Shown: positions 1-12,138 of the stretch, in pieces | Numbering within the stretch: the stretch's first letter is position 1 | Layout of the letters: every line of letters begins with the position of its first letter | Source: Entomortierella parvispora E1425 | Taxonomy: Eukaryota > Fungi > Mortierellomycota | Length of the DNA stretch: 64,000 nt | NCBI GenBank assembly: GCA_020891255.1 | Contig: BQFW01000006.1 | Coordinates: forward strand, 2,232,001 to 2,296,000 | Reading direction: 5' to 3' | The notes under the pieces: generated by a model | Told to the model about the DNA's origin: nothing | The model's database searches: none | The model's input: only the letters and a program-made list of their open reading frames with translations | Position numbers and translations under genes: made by a program

Positions 1-25
1 CTGACCTTTTTTTTCCCTCCTGCAG

Positions 26-1698
26 CCGTTACCGGAGCCAAGTTCAGGACATGGAAAAACTTTTGCTATCAGCGGCCCGTCGCTGTCCATCACTCAATCT
101 TCGCACGCTCCCCACACCACATTGGCACCTCTCCAGTCTCCTATTCATGCCTCTCATATTCTCTCTTCGACCCGTTCGCCCGGTTACAACACAGACTCGG
201 GATTCCACTCCATACCCAGCTCACCTCATTCGCCAGCAGATACCCGAGGACGAGGCACCCATGCAGAAGCACACGAAGTAATGGACATGGCCAGCAGATG
301 TGGAAAGCTGCTTGTCGTTTCAGCCCTATGCTAACACTCTTTCGTGCAAATGTGATAGGATGGAAAGGCAAACGGATCACCAGGAATTGATGGTGCAGGC
401 GCTATCAAGGTCTATGGTCAAAAACCTTCGACGAACCGTGACCCCGTGGATGCATTTAGAAGCTTCAGGATCTCTCAGGACGACCCTTGCTACAAGGTTC
501 TTCCCGCGGCTTTGAAAAAATACAAAATCAACGACGACTGGCGGCAGTATGCACTCTTTATCTGTTACGGGAACACCGGTAAGGACTCCATCCAAAACTG
601 CTGTCTCATGCTTTTCAATTGAGCTACACAATATCTTGGGACTAAGGACCGATTACTTTTGCCCTTAATTTAGAACGCATTCTTACGTACAACGAAAAGC
701 CACTCCTGCTCATGAAGCAGCTCAAAGAAGCGAACGAGTCTCCAGTTTTCATGCTAAAGCATATCAGGCAGATGAAGTCGCCGGCTGTGAATGCTCCTTC
801 TCCACCAAACTCACACCCTCCACGCAAGAGTTCAGACCTTTTGAATAAGGAGCTACCCTTGCCCCCAGAGATGATGGCTGCAGCGACTGGTCCTACAGCG
901 GCGGCCTTGATGGCGAGCAATGGACAGTCCCATGGACCCATGGGCTCGAATGGACAGGCGTCACCTCACACTGGATCTTCACTTGCCCGCTCTGGCACTT
1001 CAGCATCTATGCGATCCTCAAGTAAGCCCTCGAGTAGTGGTAGGAGCTATGATTGACTTGTATTTTTTGAGTCAACCCACAATGTGTTTTAATGATGCTG
1101 ATGTTTTGATTGAATTTTGTTAGGTGCGACTCCAGGCTCCCCTTCAAACCTTGCGACAGTCTCTTCCGTCTCAGCGTCATCACCAGCTGGCCCAGGATCA
1201 AAGACTGAGCTGAAAACAGAGGGATATCTTCAAGAGCCTGTTGAGGCCTCTGGAACAGCAGTTGCAATGTACGCATGGGAAGCAAAGAGGGATGACGAGT
1301 TAAATGTTAAAGTGGGTGACGTATTCAAGATCCGGAGCAAGGGCCACGGATGGTGGGTAGTGCAACGTGAGAACGAAGTAGGCTGGATCCCAGCCAGCAT
1401 TCTGTCTGAGAGTAATTCTGAGGATGGATACTTCACAGCCGATGGTATCGCCATCTTTGATTTTGAAAAGACGGGACCCAATGAGCTCAGTATCAAGACT
1501 GGCGATCAATTGGTAAGTTTGGATAGAGGACTTCACTTTGTTTTGAAACGACTCTAGTCGACCATGACCAGCCATCTAACACACCCTCTGGCACTTTCTC
1601 AATAGAAAATCTTCCGACGCCACCAACATTGGCTGCTGGCAACGAGCGGTGAGAACCGTGGATGGGTTCCCAGTTGGTTCGTGAGTCTGACAGAGTGA
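26..1698 (+). CDS. STE50: Ste50/Ubc2-type MAPK adaptor (Ras-association domain plus two C-terminal SH3 domains); multi-exon, 5' end outside the window
   Basis: Spliced reading gives FRISQDDPCYKVLPAALKKYKINDDWRQYALFICYGNT|ERILTYNEKPLLLMKQLK (Ste50 RA domain; intron from gtaag ~579 to tttag ~673). SH3 motifs follow: AMYAWEAKRDDELNVKVGD...GWWVV...GWIP, then IFDFEKTGPNELSIKTGDQL|KIFRRHQHWLL...GWVPSWFV. Stop TGA at 1696-1698. Confidence 0.85.
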
Positions 1699-2106
1699 TC
1701 TAGATTTTTTACGACCTTCATGTATTTATTATTAATAAACGCCTGATGATAACGACGATCTTGCCAACATGGCGGTGTTGCACATTCAGATATGGTTGCA
1801 CAGATAGCGCGTTACCGGCGGAGCTAGCCTGTCTGGGGTAGACGGGGAGCGAAAATCATATTGTGGGTGAGATCATGGTGACACCCGCTAGTCGCGTATT
1901 TGACGGAAATGCGGAAACGCGGCTGGGTCAGTCACCTCACAATGATGCGGACCAGAGAATAAAAGTGATGGATAAGGTGCGTTGAATGAAGAACCGTTTT
2001 TCTTCCTTTGCTTTTTTTTTTTTTTTTTTTTTTTGATCTCTTTTCTCAGATCCACATCTTCACCTCCTTGAACTCAGACTCCTCTTCATATCGTCAACTA
2101 CACAGA

Positions 2107-3558
2107 ATGGCGACAGGTATACAGCCTACAAAAGTCCCTGATCAAGAGGGCCATTTCGATTACGAGCGCGAGCACGACGCGGCCCCTCCTTTCTCTGAGA
2201 TCGATGCGCCCTCACAACTAATCCCTGGCCAAGAACGCCTGGACAGAGCTGTGGGAAAGGCTGTAGGAGGGACGGTCATTCCTTCAAATATCAAGCCAAG
2301 CGCGAAGCCAACCTCGACCAAGCTCGATGCTGCCAAAGAGGACCATCCCAAAGAGCAGCAGCCCCAAAGACAAGCTCAGCCACAGTCCACTCAAGAAGGC
2401 GATGTTGAGCTCAATACGTCGCCCGATATCGGGGATGCCAAGGCAACAGTCAAAGAAGCAGCCAAGAAGCATATCGTTGGCGAGTATCCGACCGTGACCA
2501 GAATTGGTTAGTTGGAAGCCTACAAGCGGACGGATGGGCCGCAAAACGAGTTAAGTGTTTGATTGGAATCAACTGCAGACCGCAAAATCGCTAGGCGCCG
2601 CTGCAATGGATCTCCGAAGTCTCCAGCTTGTCCTGCCTAATGAGTTCAAGATCTCACTCAAGAACAAGCACAATCAGGGCGCGGTCCAGGTGCGCCTCAA
2701 ATTCATGCCAGAATTCCTTTCTTCCAACAAACGCCGATCAGGTTTAGGAGCAACGTTCCTCGGAACCGGTGTCGGTTTGGTCGTCAATGGTGGTCATACC
2801 GTCGGACGCGCAGGTTTGGCTGGAGTTGGAGCGGTTGCTGGAGGGGCTATGGACGTGACTGGAGCTGTAGGCAAAAGAGCCTTCAAAGGAGTCGAGCATG
2901 TTGAAAAAGGTATGGGAGCTGTCGGCAAAGGTGTATTTGGAGGAATAAGCTCTGGTGCTTCTGCTGTTGGTCTCCACCGCCGCCACCACAGAAGAGGCAG
3001 CACAAGTCCCTGCCGACATGCAGGCCCCTCCGCCTGAACCTGATATATCACACAGTTCACAGACGAGCAATTCTACCATGTCTGGGGAGCCTGGAAATTT
3101 GATCATTCATGTCCTGGAGGCGGTGGGCCCTTTAGGAGTGGACAAGAGCGGGTCTAGCGACCCCTTTGTGAAGGTTCGCGTCAACGGACAGTCGGTACTG
3201 GAAACAAAGACAAAGAAGGAGAAGCTTTCACCCAGCTGGTCCGAATCAGTTCAAGTCCTTGGACTAAGTGGGCAAGAGCCAGTGGTTCTCCACTTTTCGG
3301 TGAAGGACACCATTGGAGGTGACAAGGATCTTGCAGATTGCGAAATTGCGCTTTGGGAATACATTCACCCCAGCCGGTGCAGCAGGATCCAACCAGCCAG
3401 AGCAGCATCAGGTAAACTTTTGGGCGACACTTGGAGGTTCTGGAGGGCGACTGCACGTTGCACTCGAGTTTGAGCCAGTACCGGGAGGTGGCCGACGAAT
3501 GAGCGAGCTACATGAAGGCAAGCGAGGACTCTCTGGTCGCAAAAAGGAAATGACCTGA
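2107..3558 (+). pseudogene. Tricalbin-like C2-domain gene fragment with reading-frame disruptions
   Basis: Tricalbin C-terminal-like segments lie in three different frames: VFDWNQLQTAKSLG...VRLKFMPE plus a Gly-rich stretch (2555-2990), a C2 domain GNLIIHVLEA...DKSGSSDPFVKV (2990-3365), and GRLHVALEFEP (3370-3558). No SMP domain is seen. Confidence 0.55.
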
Positions 3559-3984
3559 AGTCAGGGAAGGATACAGCAATATATCAATGCAATGGCTATC
3601 CACTTATTTTTTCTTGAAACGCATGTTGACGCAGTGTGGGCTGCCATTGAATGAGAGGAGGGAGGTCTATCATCATCCACGTTGAACTTGCCGTCATGTT
3701 CATCAGTACGGGCAAGGGAGGCAAGGACGACAAAGGATCATCCTGTGTCGGTGCTCCCCGCCCGGCTCATTTCACCAGTGCGTCGGTCCGCGGCCGGTGT
3801 CGATCGAACTTTGCTGGACGTCCTGTGTCCAACGCACTCGGGCTAACCCTTTTTTTTTTTGTCACTTCTCCACAACCCTTCTTTTTCTCCATTCTTTCTT
3901 CATTCATTCATTCACCCATCTCTACTTCACTGCTTTCCTCATTTCATTTCTCTCATTCTTCATCGCAACCATCAAGTCTACACA

Positions 3985-5097
3985 ATGCTCGTTCAAGACA
4001 AGGTCGCAATCATCACTGGTGCTTCGTCAGGCAAGTAATTTTTTTTTATTTTTACTCTGGGCTTGGTTTTTTGTTGCCTGTTTTATGACCATTGGATTCT
4101 CACCGTCAATGCATCTACACAGGTTTCGGCAAGGCCCTCGCTCAGCGTCTGACTAGCAAAGGGTAAGATAGTACCACTGTGTGAACAAAAGACACGCTGG
4201 GCAGGCATCCTGTCCCGTTCTCACGTCCTTCCCTCGATTGATGGACTAAAACGGATACTTTTTTTTTCGTTTCTTGAACTCGGGTTGATTTTCTAGAGCC
4301 AAAGTCATTCTCGGGGACATTGATGTCAAGGATGGCGAGCGACTTGCCAACGAGCTCAACTACGAGTAAGTATAGTATATACCCCTCCCCTGATAGCCCA
4401 CAAAGACTCACAGGCATTTTGGATAAAAGCAAGCGTCCATGAAAAAAAAAAAAATGTTCCTGAACAACGATTTCCGGTTTTTTTTTTTTCATTTTACAAA
4501 AGCAAAAAGGAAAAGATTGCCTACTTTGTCCAGTGCGACGTGACAAACTACGCTCAGCAAGCGGCCCTTTTCGACGCGGCACAGCGTCATTTCGGCCGAA
4601 TCGACATCATCATCAACAACGCCGGTATCGCAGAATCCGTGCCTCTCTGGCAAGACGACAAGGCCTTGTGGAAGAAGGTCATCGACATTGATCTCTCGGC
4701 CGTGATCGAGGGCACGCGGTTGGGCATTGAGGCCCTGCAGAAGCAAGGCACCGGCGGCGCCATCGTCAACACCGCCTCCCTCGCCGGTCTTTACCCTCAG
4801 ACCATGACCCCTGCCTACTCGGCCGCCAAGTTTGGCGTCGTAGGCTTGACCCGCTCCTTCAAGGGCTTTGGGGACAATATCCGTGTCAATGCCGTCGCTC
4901 CTTCCTTTGCTGACACAAAGATCATTGCCAACGTCCGCGATGTCGTCGCCAGCCTCGCACCCTTGGTCCCCGTCGAGACCGTCATCGATGCCTTCATGAT
5001 GTTGATCGAGGACGAATCCTTCAGTGGTGATATCGCCAGAATCACTCCCCAATACGGCATCTCGATCATTGGACGCAGCTCAAAGGCGAAACTTTGA
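3985..5097 (+). CDS. Short-chain dehydrogenase/reductase, 15-hydroxyprostaglandin dehydrogenase-like (NAD-type)
   Basis: MLVQDKVAIITGASS|GFGKALA (TGxxxGxG), GDID, NNAGI and YSAAK catalytic motif. Three introns, the first with a GC donor. Confidence 0.85.
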
Positions 5098-5251
5098 ATA
5101 ATTATTTTAAGCTGAAAGAATAAATCGTACGATTTTATACTATCTTTTTTTAAAAAATATTCGAGATTTTCACACCTTAAACTAGGTTTCAAATCAAGGT
5201 TTGTACCATGGTACATAAACAAAAATTTAAACCTCTCCAATATGAAATGAA

Positions 5252-5291
5252 GGCAGTATGGCCGAGTTGGTCTAAGGCGCCAGAATCAGGA

Positions 5292-5324
<33 letters not shown>

Positions 5325-5332
5325 TGCTGTCA
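5252..5332 (+). tRNA. tRNA-Leu(CAG)
   Basis: Acceptor stem GGCAGTA/TGCTGTC, D arm TGGCCGAGTTGGTCTAAGGC, anticodon stem CCAGA/TCTGG with loop ATCAGGA, long variable arm, T loop GGTTCAAATCC, discriminator A, then a T-tract Pol III terminator. Confidence 0.93.
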
Positions 5333-5559
5333 CCATTCTTTTTGCACTTTTTTTTCGTCAAACGGCGAACAAAACTATCTTCCGCGCGTTGTCGCGTGTC
5401 TTTTTTTCTTTTTTTTCTCCTTTCTCCTTTCTTTTTGGTTCCCAAAACGAGATGGATTCAGCAAGAGTGCGAAGGGTGAAGAAGTTTTATATTCTGTTCA
5501 TGGTATATTATCTGGCTAAAACATTTCTCCACGTCAAATAGCCCCATGTATTTGTTTTT

Positions 5560-8334
5560 TCAGTTGAACCCATTGACTTCCATGGGTAGATCCAGTACTA
5601 CGGGTGAAAGCGATTTCCAATTATCAAGCAGACTTTGACTAGCATTGATTTGCTCCTGCACAAAATTCTGGTACATGGTCGCGATCAGAGATTGGTTCTT
5701 GTGGTAGAATGTGATTTCTTGCCAGATTGTGTGCTGCACCAGCACAGATCGTTGTCTCTGTATCTCCATCTCGGCTCAGTCCTAGAGTCAAAGGCACGCT
5801 GTCAGTAAATGGAACAAAGATCCAGGCTTGTCGGGTTTTGGAACTTACAGCTTGAATTGCGTTGGCGATGGACTCAATTTGTGCCTCATTTTCGATCTGA
5901 TTATCGCTGTTGGCTGATCCTGGGGGTGCAGATGCTGCTGCAGTCGAGACCGATTTCAGTGCTTTCAGCTTGGCGTCATTCGCTGCCAGACGGCGATGCA
6001 CCATCTCTGTGCGAGAATCCTGACGAGAAAACTCATGTCTCTGCAAGAGCTGCATCACAGAGACAAGTAAATCACGATGGCGTTTCAAGTCCTCAACAAT
6101 CCCTTGCTGTGTCGCCTTGGCCTGAGATTCCATAATATTGGATGCGTGTCCGAGATGGGACCCGATTTTTCCATACCCTTGGCTCAATTGTCCGCAGTTG
6201 TAACAATCCTCGACATGACACTGGCGTTCACTGTCGCCCAAGGCGCTATTGCACGAAGGAGAAAGAGAGAAAAGAGCCGTGGGATGTGAGTAAAAAAGAG
6301 ATGTTAATTTTTCAAACCAAACCAAGACCCTCGTACTTAAGAGAAAGGCTGAACCTCATGAAATCGGCAGCGTTGGCTTCCACCCTTTTCTGTACGCGAT
6401 CCATCACATGAACCATGTTGCGATAGTAGTCGATGGATGATGGTAGTCGTCGCTTGATACCCTCGATTTGCAAATCTAAATCTAGAGGGATCTGTTTCGA
6501 CAAGTTGGCGTGGATCGGTAGCTTGGTCATGAACTCGTCCTCAGTAGAGATCACAACATTCTTTCGCCACAACGCCAACTCCTAACCCAAAAGTTCAAAA
6601 AAAAGGAACATATAGAATGAAAAAAAAAAAAAAAAGGTGAAGGCACAGTGGGAAGAGCAGTGGATAAGTGGTAGTGAGTATGAGTGAAAACATCATCTGG
6701 GAATGACAGACTTGACTATCCTTCCAATCTTACAACAGGCTCGGTCAAAAAGGAGATGACCAAAGGGTCATTTTTCAGGATTGGGTGCCTCATGAGCGCG
6801 TTCATAAACCTCACCAAGCCTCGGAGTCGCCTTTCCAGAAATGCATCGTCTGCTACTATATTCACCACAAAAGAAGGAACCAAAATGAAAAACGCGTGAA
6901 TACATGTCCTTTGTACCAGATACCTGGTAAAAGGTGAAAGTCCACTCCCAGCGAGAATGCTAGAAAGTTCCATGTCTTTGAGCAAGTACCTCCAAGTCTC
7001 TTTGGTGGCAAATTGGGCAAAATCCTGAACGGGAACCGTTTCCCTAGAATGTCCAGCAGCCAGCAGAAGTCGCTGTATCGCCGTGTCACAGTTGTTTGAC
7101 GATCCTAAAACACACAAAGAAAGTTTGACCTCCTTAGTATCCTGTAGTTCATAAACAGGTGTATATGAACAAAACAAAACAAAAAAGTACCTTGGACTCG
7201 ACCAGATAATTAGTGTACTTGAACAAGAAGATACCCTCCTTCTCAGGTGCAAACGTAATCCTGATCACGTCCAGGTTCAAAAACCAGTGTCGCATCTCCT
7301 GTAACAAGCCAGATGTATCGGCCTCGCCCGTTCCTATTGTCGTGGGTGACCCCGTGGATGGAAGAGGGGGCGAAGCCAGATGGGAGGGTGGTGTCGGGTA
7401 TCCATTGCCCTTAAAAGACGAGCTTCGCCAAGGATCTGAAATACTGCTGCCCACATTGACCGGGTGATGTTTAGGAATGGTCGATGTTGAATACATTGCG
7501 CCTGTTCTCGTGGCATTCCCAAAGTCGATACTCTCCAGTCCTGGCAAGTGCGGAATGGGAAGGTCTATCGTCCAAAGTAAATAGCAACCAGTCAAAAAGG
7601 CCATGGTCAGTCTTCCACTATAAACGCCTATAGATAGGTTTTGAGCCCTCCACAGGAGGTATTTTTTTTTACCTTCTCGATGAGCAATCAGGTTTTCGAT
7701 GGTGAGATCCATGTTCTTTTGCGCCATGGCTACCAGGGCGAGGGCAACACTGCATTCACCCTTGGAGATCCTGGATCGAGTGGGCGCCACAACCATATTC
7801 ATAATCTAGTACGTGCGCAGAAGAAAAAAATAGTCTCCTCTCAGTTAGAAGGACACATGCCATCATGCTGTTCCTGCATGCGTGTGTCGACCGACGTGAC
7901 CTGCCGCAATAAAGTCTTGTTGTCCATTCAAGTGTCCTCACCTTGTCAACCGTTCCTGGAGGCAGACCTGATGCGCCCATAATCTTGTTGACGGCCAAGA
8001 CCGTGACCTTTCCTCCTGCAGGTTGCGCCAGGTCAAACGCAGTTGTATAGATGGTTGGTAAAGGCGTCCCAGCTAAAGTTATATTGCACGAGAGCAAGAC
8101 AAAGGCATGGAGAGAAACAGCGCGTTAAACGAGTGAGCAGCAAAGTATCCATACAATCGGGGTAGTCACTCCTCACAGGCTCAGCTCTTTTTTCATACAG
8201 AGAATGGTAGTCAGATCGACAGGGCCAAGACCTCCTTGTGTCGAGGTCGTCCACGGGTCGTTCGCGTCAGACTCAAAGGTCGAGGCGGAGAAGGATGCAG
8301 ACATGTCGTCAAGGTTGTCCTCTGCAAAGCTCAT
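5560..8334 (-). CDS. MVP1: Sorting nexin Mvp1/SNX8 (PX-BAR), multi-exon
   Basis: PX motifs [45 protein letters not shown] and [23 protein letters not shown], followed by BAR-like helices. Start [10 protein letters not shown] at 8334; stop at 5560. Confidence 0.88.
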
Positions 8335-8612
8335 GGCGGTGGAGAATGTCGATGGTATGAATTGAGAATAGTAACCAAAGGGGAGAGGAATGACAAGGAG
8401 TAAGAATGCATGGAGATTGAATCAACAAGGGACCAAGCAGCCGCCTGGTCACGTCTGGTCCACGCAGTCGTTTTTTTAGGGGGGAATCTGTTGTTCATCA
8501 TTTCACTTTTTTTTTTATCTTTTATTTTCTTCGTTTTCTTTGTGAATGGTAGGCTTTTACAATGACCAAGAGCGGAGGAAAGGAGGAAAAGGACCTTCAA
8601 TCCCTCCTCTTC

Positions 8613-11279
8613 TTATCCTTGCCATCCCCAGCCTTGCGATCCGCCTTGGACTCGTACAGGGGCAGAGATCTGCACATTCTTGCCAGCGATCGCCTTCTGC
8701 TGCTCCTCCTCAGCCTCAACCTGTCTCAACTTCCTGGTCCGCTGTCTCTTCACCACCACGATCGCAATGGCTACATACGCCAACGCAGCCACGCCGACCA
8801 GCGATCCAATCATTGCCGTATTCGATGAAGATCCTGAATTGGGCACATTCTCCAGGTCGCCAGATCCCAAGTTGGATCCTGTCAACGGATTAATGGTGGT
8901 TCCTGTTGCTCCCTTGGAACCCGTCTTGGGGGGAGGGTTGGGACTCAATGCATAGGAATGATCCAAGAACTGTCCAAACGAAGTCGGTGATTTGGCATAC
9001 AACTCTGACTTTTTGTTCGAGACCAACGAACACAGTTCCCAGTACTGGCTCTTCGGGATCGAGACCGTCACCAACACCGCGTCCTGCAATTTGCTACTCG
9101 TCATCAGTGCTCGTTTCCGTTTCTGAGCTGCTGCTGAAGGTGCTGCAGCGGTTGTGTTGGTGATTTGACTGCCGTCCCTGATGGCAAGGACCTGAATGTC
9201 ATCTTCATCCACATCCAGAACATCACTCAACTGGGCAGGGATAAACGACACTAATTGGGCTGCCAGGATCCCGTTGTTAATCACTTGGTAGTACGACACA
9301 TGCTGGAGTCGCAGGTGGACATTGAAGGAGTTGGCAGGGATAACAGGGTGAAGGTTAGGGATCACCACCTCCGGAAGCGACGCTCCAGGCGGAGGCGTAT
9401 ATGTAGCTTTCGGGGGGGAAACTGGCTCGATCGAGCTGGGCAACCATGGTGTGGTCGTCTTTGTGGGGCGACGACGAGACTGAGTCGAGGTCGTGGTAGT
9501 GGTTGTGGTAGTGGTAGTCGTAGTCGTAGTTGTCGTAGTCGTAGTTGTTGTAGGGATATGAGTAGTCGTGGGAGTATGAGCTGGCCGTGTGTTGGATCCA
9601 GAAGCTGTTGCAGTCGCTGTTCCTGATCCTGTGGGTGTGGCAGTAAGTCCGGAGGTGTCTGTCAAGGTCAATGTCCCGGTGGGGCGAGGCCGCCTTCCAG
9701 TCGGAAAAGGGACAGACGCTGTTCCATTTGCTGAACCAGGAGAAGGCGACACGACAGGCGATCCAGATGCCGTGGGCGAGTCCGTTCCTGACGCCGAGGG
9801 TGAAGCAGGAGTGGGACTGACAAAGGATCCAGATTGAGTCGCGGTAGGGCTCGATTGGGTAACAATAGAGTAAGACGCGCTCTCAGTTGAAGGGGAGACC
9901 GTTGGGGAAGGCTGCTCGCTTGGAGATAAAGGAGCAGAAACACTCGCAGAGGCAGAGGCAGAGGCGCTTGCAGGCGTAGGTGAGTTCGTGATGGCTGCGT
10001 ATGTGCCAGAGTAGGTCGTCGTAGGCAGTTCAGAGCCAGAGGGTGTCACTGAGGGTTGTTCAGAGGCAGAGGGAGTCAACGTGGGTTGCTCAGAGCCAGA
10101 GTGGGTCAGCGTAGGCTGCTCGGAGCGAGAATGGGTCATCGTAGGCAGCGCGGGAATGAAGGTCAATATAGGCAACAAAGAGCCAGTGTAAGTTCCAGTA
10201 GGTGCAAGTGTGGAAGTGTGGTTGACGGTGATCGATTGGGGCAATGGAGCACGTCGTGTGGATGTCTTCTTTGGACGGGGCGTTGGGCGATTAGATGTAG
10301 GGCGAGGGTTTGCAGCCGATCGAGTGGTGGACAGGGCAGGCTTATGGCCCTTGGATGTGACTTTTGTTGGTACTGGAGAAGGGAAGCCATCGTCATCATC
10401 ATCGTCATCATCATCATCATCGTCGTAGTCGTCATCGTCATCAGGAGAGGGGGAACCTTTTGCTTCATAATGATCCAGATCCAGACCCAGATCCAGCGCG
10501 AGCACATTCTCGTCCAACGCGTTGACTGCGAGCTATATTAATTTCAATTGAGATTGAGAACAACGGAGAAAAAAAAAAGAGATTAGTAACGTTGAGAAAG
10601 AATGAATGATTGCAGATACAGATGTTATTTTGCCCCTCTCCCCTTCCCCATTTGCCCCTGTCCCTGTCCTGGTCGATCCCTCCGATCCCCTCTATCCACG
10701 TTCGCTCTTTCGTTTCGTTTCTAGCCATTGGGCGTGCCCAAACACGCACATTCTTAAGGTTGTCCGTTCTGGCTGCGATAAATTGCACCGTGAAATTAAA
10801 TCAAAAAGTCAACAGGAGGCAGAGGGCTCTCTTGTCGCAGCGGATTGTCAAACAAACAAACAGACAAACGTGGTGGAGGAGTAGGTCGAGGGTGCACACA
10901 CGCAGGTCGATCTGACGTCTCATGGCTCATGCAAAAGGGCAGAACCGAATTCAAGGATCAAATTGGCAGACGGACATTTCGTCCATTGCGATGGCGAGTT
11001 GGGTCGGAAAATTGGCGGGGGGCCAACAATCGATGGCCAAAAAGGAACCAGGGCATGCAGTGCACCTCGCCCAATTGGGGATAGCGTGGGCACTTTAGCT
11101 CGAAGAAAAACACGATGGAAAGAGAGACAGGGTACTCTTGCAGGGGACGAATGATAATTGGCAAATGAAGCGTGTGTTTTTACCGATGCAGGGGTGCCGT
11201 TGGGCTCGTCGGCAGTAAGGGCTGCAAGGGTCAATGCCGGAAAGAGGACGGCCAGCACGGCGAGTGATCGAACGTGCAT
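8613..11279 (-). CDS. Msb2/Hkr1-like signalling mucin (signal peptide, Ser/Thr/Pro-rich ectodomain, HMH-like domain, single TM, short tail)
   Basis: Exon 1 encodes MHVRSLAVLAVLFPALTLA (11279-11136, donor gtaccc). Large exon with S/T/P tracts, then YYQVINNGILAAQLVSFIPAQLSDVL (HMH-like) and TM MIGSLVGVAALAYVAIAIVVV followed by KRQR. The small internal exons are uncertain. Confidence 0.65.
9490..9552 (-). repeat. Coding trinucleotide repeat (poly-Thr) in the mucin
   Basis: Mixed ACN codons giving a run of about 20 Thr residues. Confidence 0.8.
10391..10443 (-). repeat. Coding (GAY)n repeat (poly-Asp) in the mucin
   Basis: Reads (tca/tcg)n on the + strand and encodes DDDDDYDDDDDDDDDDDD. Confidence 0.8.
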
Positions 11280-12138
11280 CGTAAAGAGAGAGAGAGAGAG
11301 TTGGTGTGGTGTCTAGAAGCTGATTGCTGGAGGGGAGGATCCTGTGTGGACGATGTTGTGTGGCTGTTGGTATCGATTATACGACAGGAAGGTGCGGATG
11401 CATAGGGAAGGGGTCGTCAGACAGACAGGGAAGGGTGTGTGAAGGACAGACAATGCACCCTAGCAAAGAGGGGCAGGGGAGGGTGGGAGGAGGGGATTAG
11501 TCGAGAGGAAAGAATGCCAAGGAGGAGGGAGAATGACAATGAGAAGTGAGGTGCCGATGCGAGATGGCGAGGGCGGAGGATGGATGGATGGATGGCAAGA
11601 GGAGAGGATGGATGGATGAATGGAGGGAAGGATGCAGTCTGTGCAGGGAGGGGGAGGGAGTAGATAGCAAGGACGGTCGAGGGTGCGCGCCTGGTGGTTA
11701 AAATTAGGGTGCACTGCAAATGAAATTGCCATTTCAACGGCCGTTGGCGTCTGGCGGCGGGCTGTCGTCGTCTCTTTTTTCCTCTTTTCCCCTCGGCCTC
11801 GACTGCTTTTCCCTTTTCCCGCTCTCTTTTCCCTCAATGCTTGCACCCCTTGCCTCTGTGGACTGAACGTCCTTCACGGGCTCAACTTCCATCAGGGACC
11901 GTACTCTTGTTCGGCGCTGCTGACAGCTTGTGGTTTTTCTTTTAGTCTTCACACGTCTCCCGTTTCAGGAACATCAAAAAGTCTTCTGGCGGTCAGGGCG
12001 CGGCAAGCCGCAGCTTCATCGTTGGCGTGCAAACTCGAAGTTCTTGCCTCAAGAAAGTCTGGAACCACTCTTGCACTCTTGCGTCAGAAGCAGGTGGGTC
12101 TGGTTTTGAACTCTCTTGCTTTTTTTGCTTTATTTCTT

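Noticed and set aside
5252-5332. CUG codon reassignment (Ser/Ala tRNA with a CAG anticodon)
   Set aside because: The tRNA body is Leu-type (A discriminator, Leu D-arm and variable arm), and conserved proteins translate normally.
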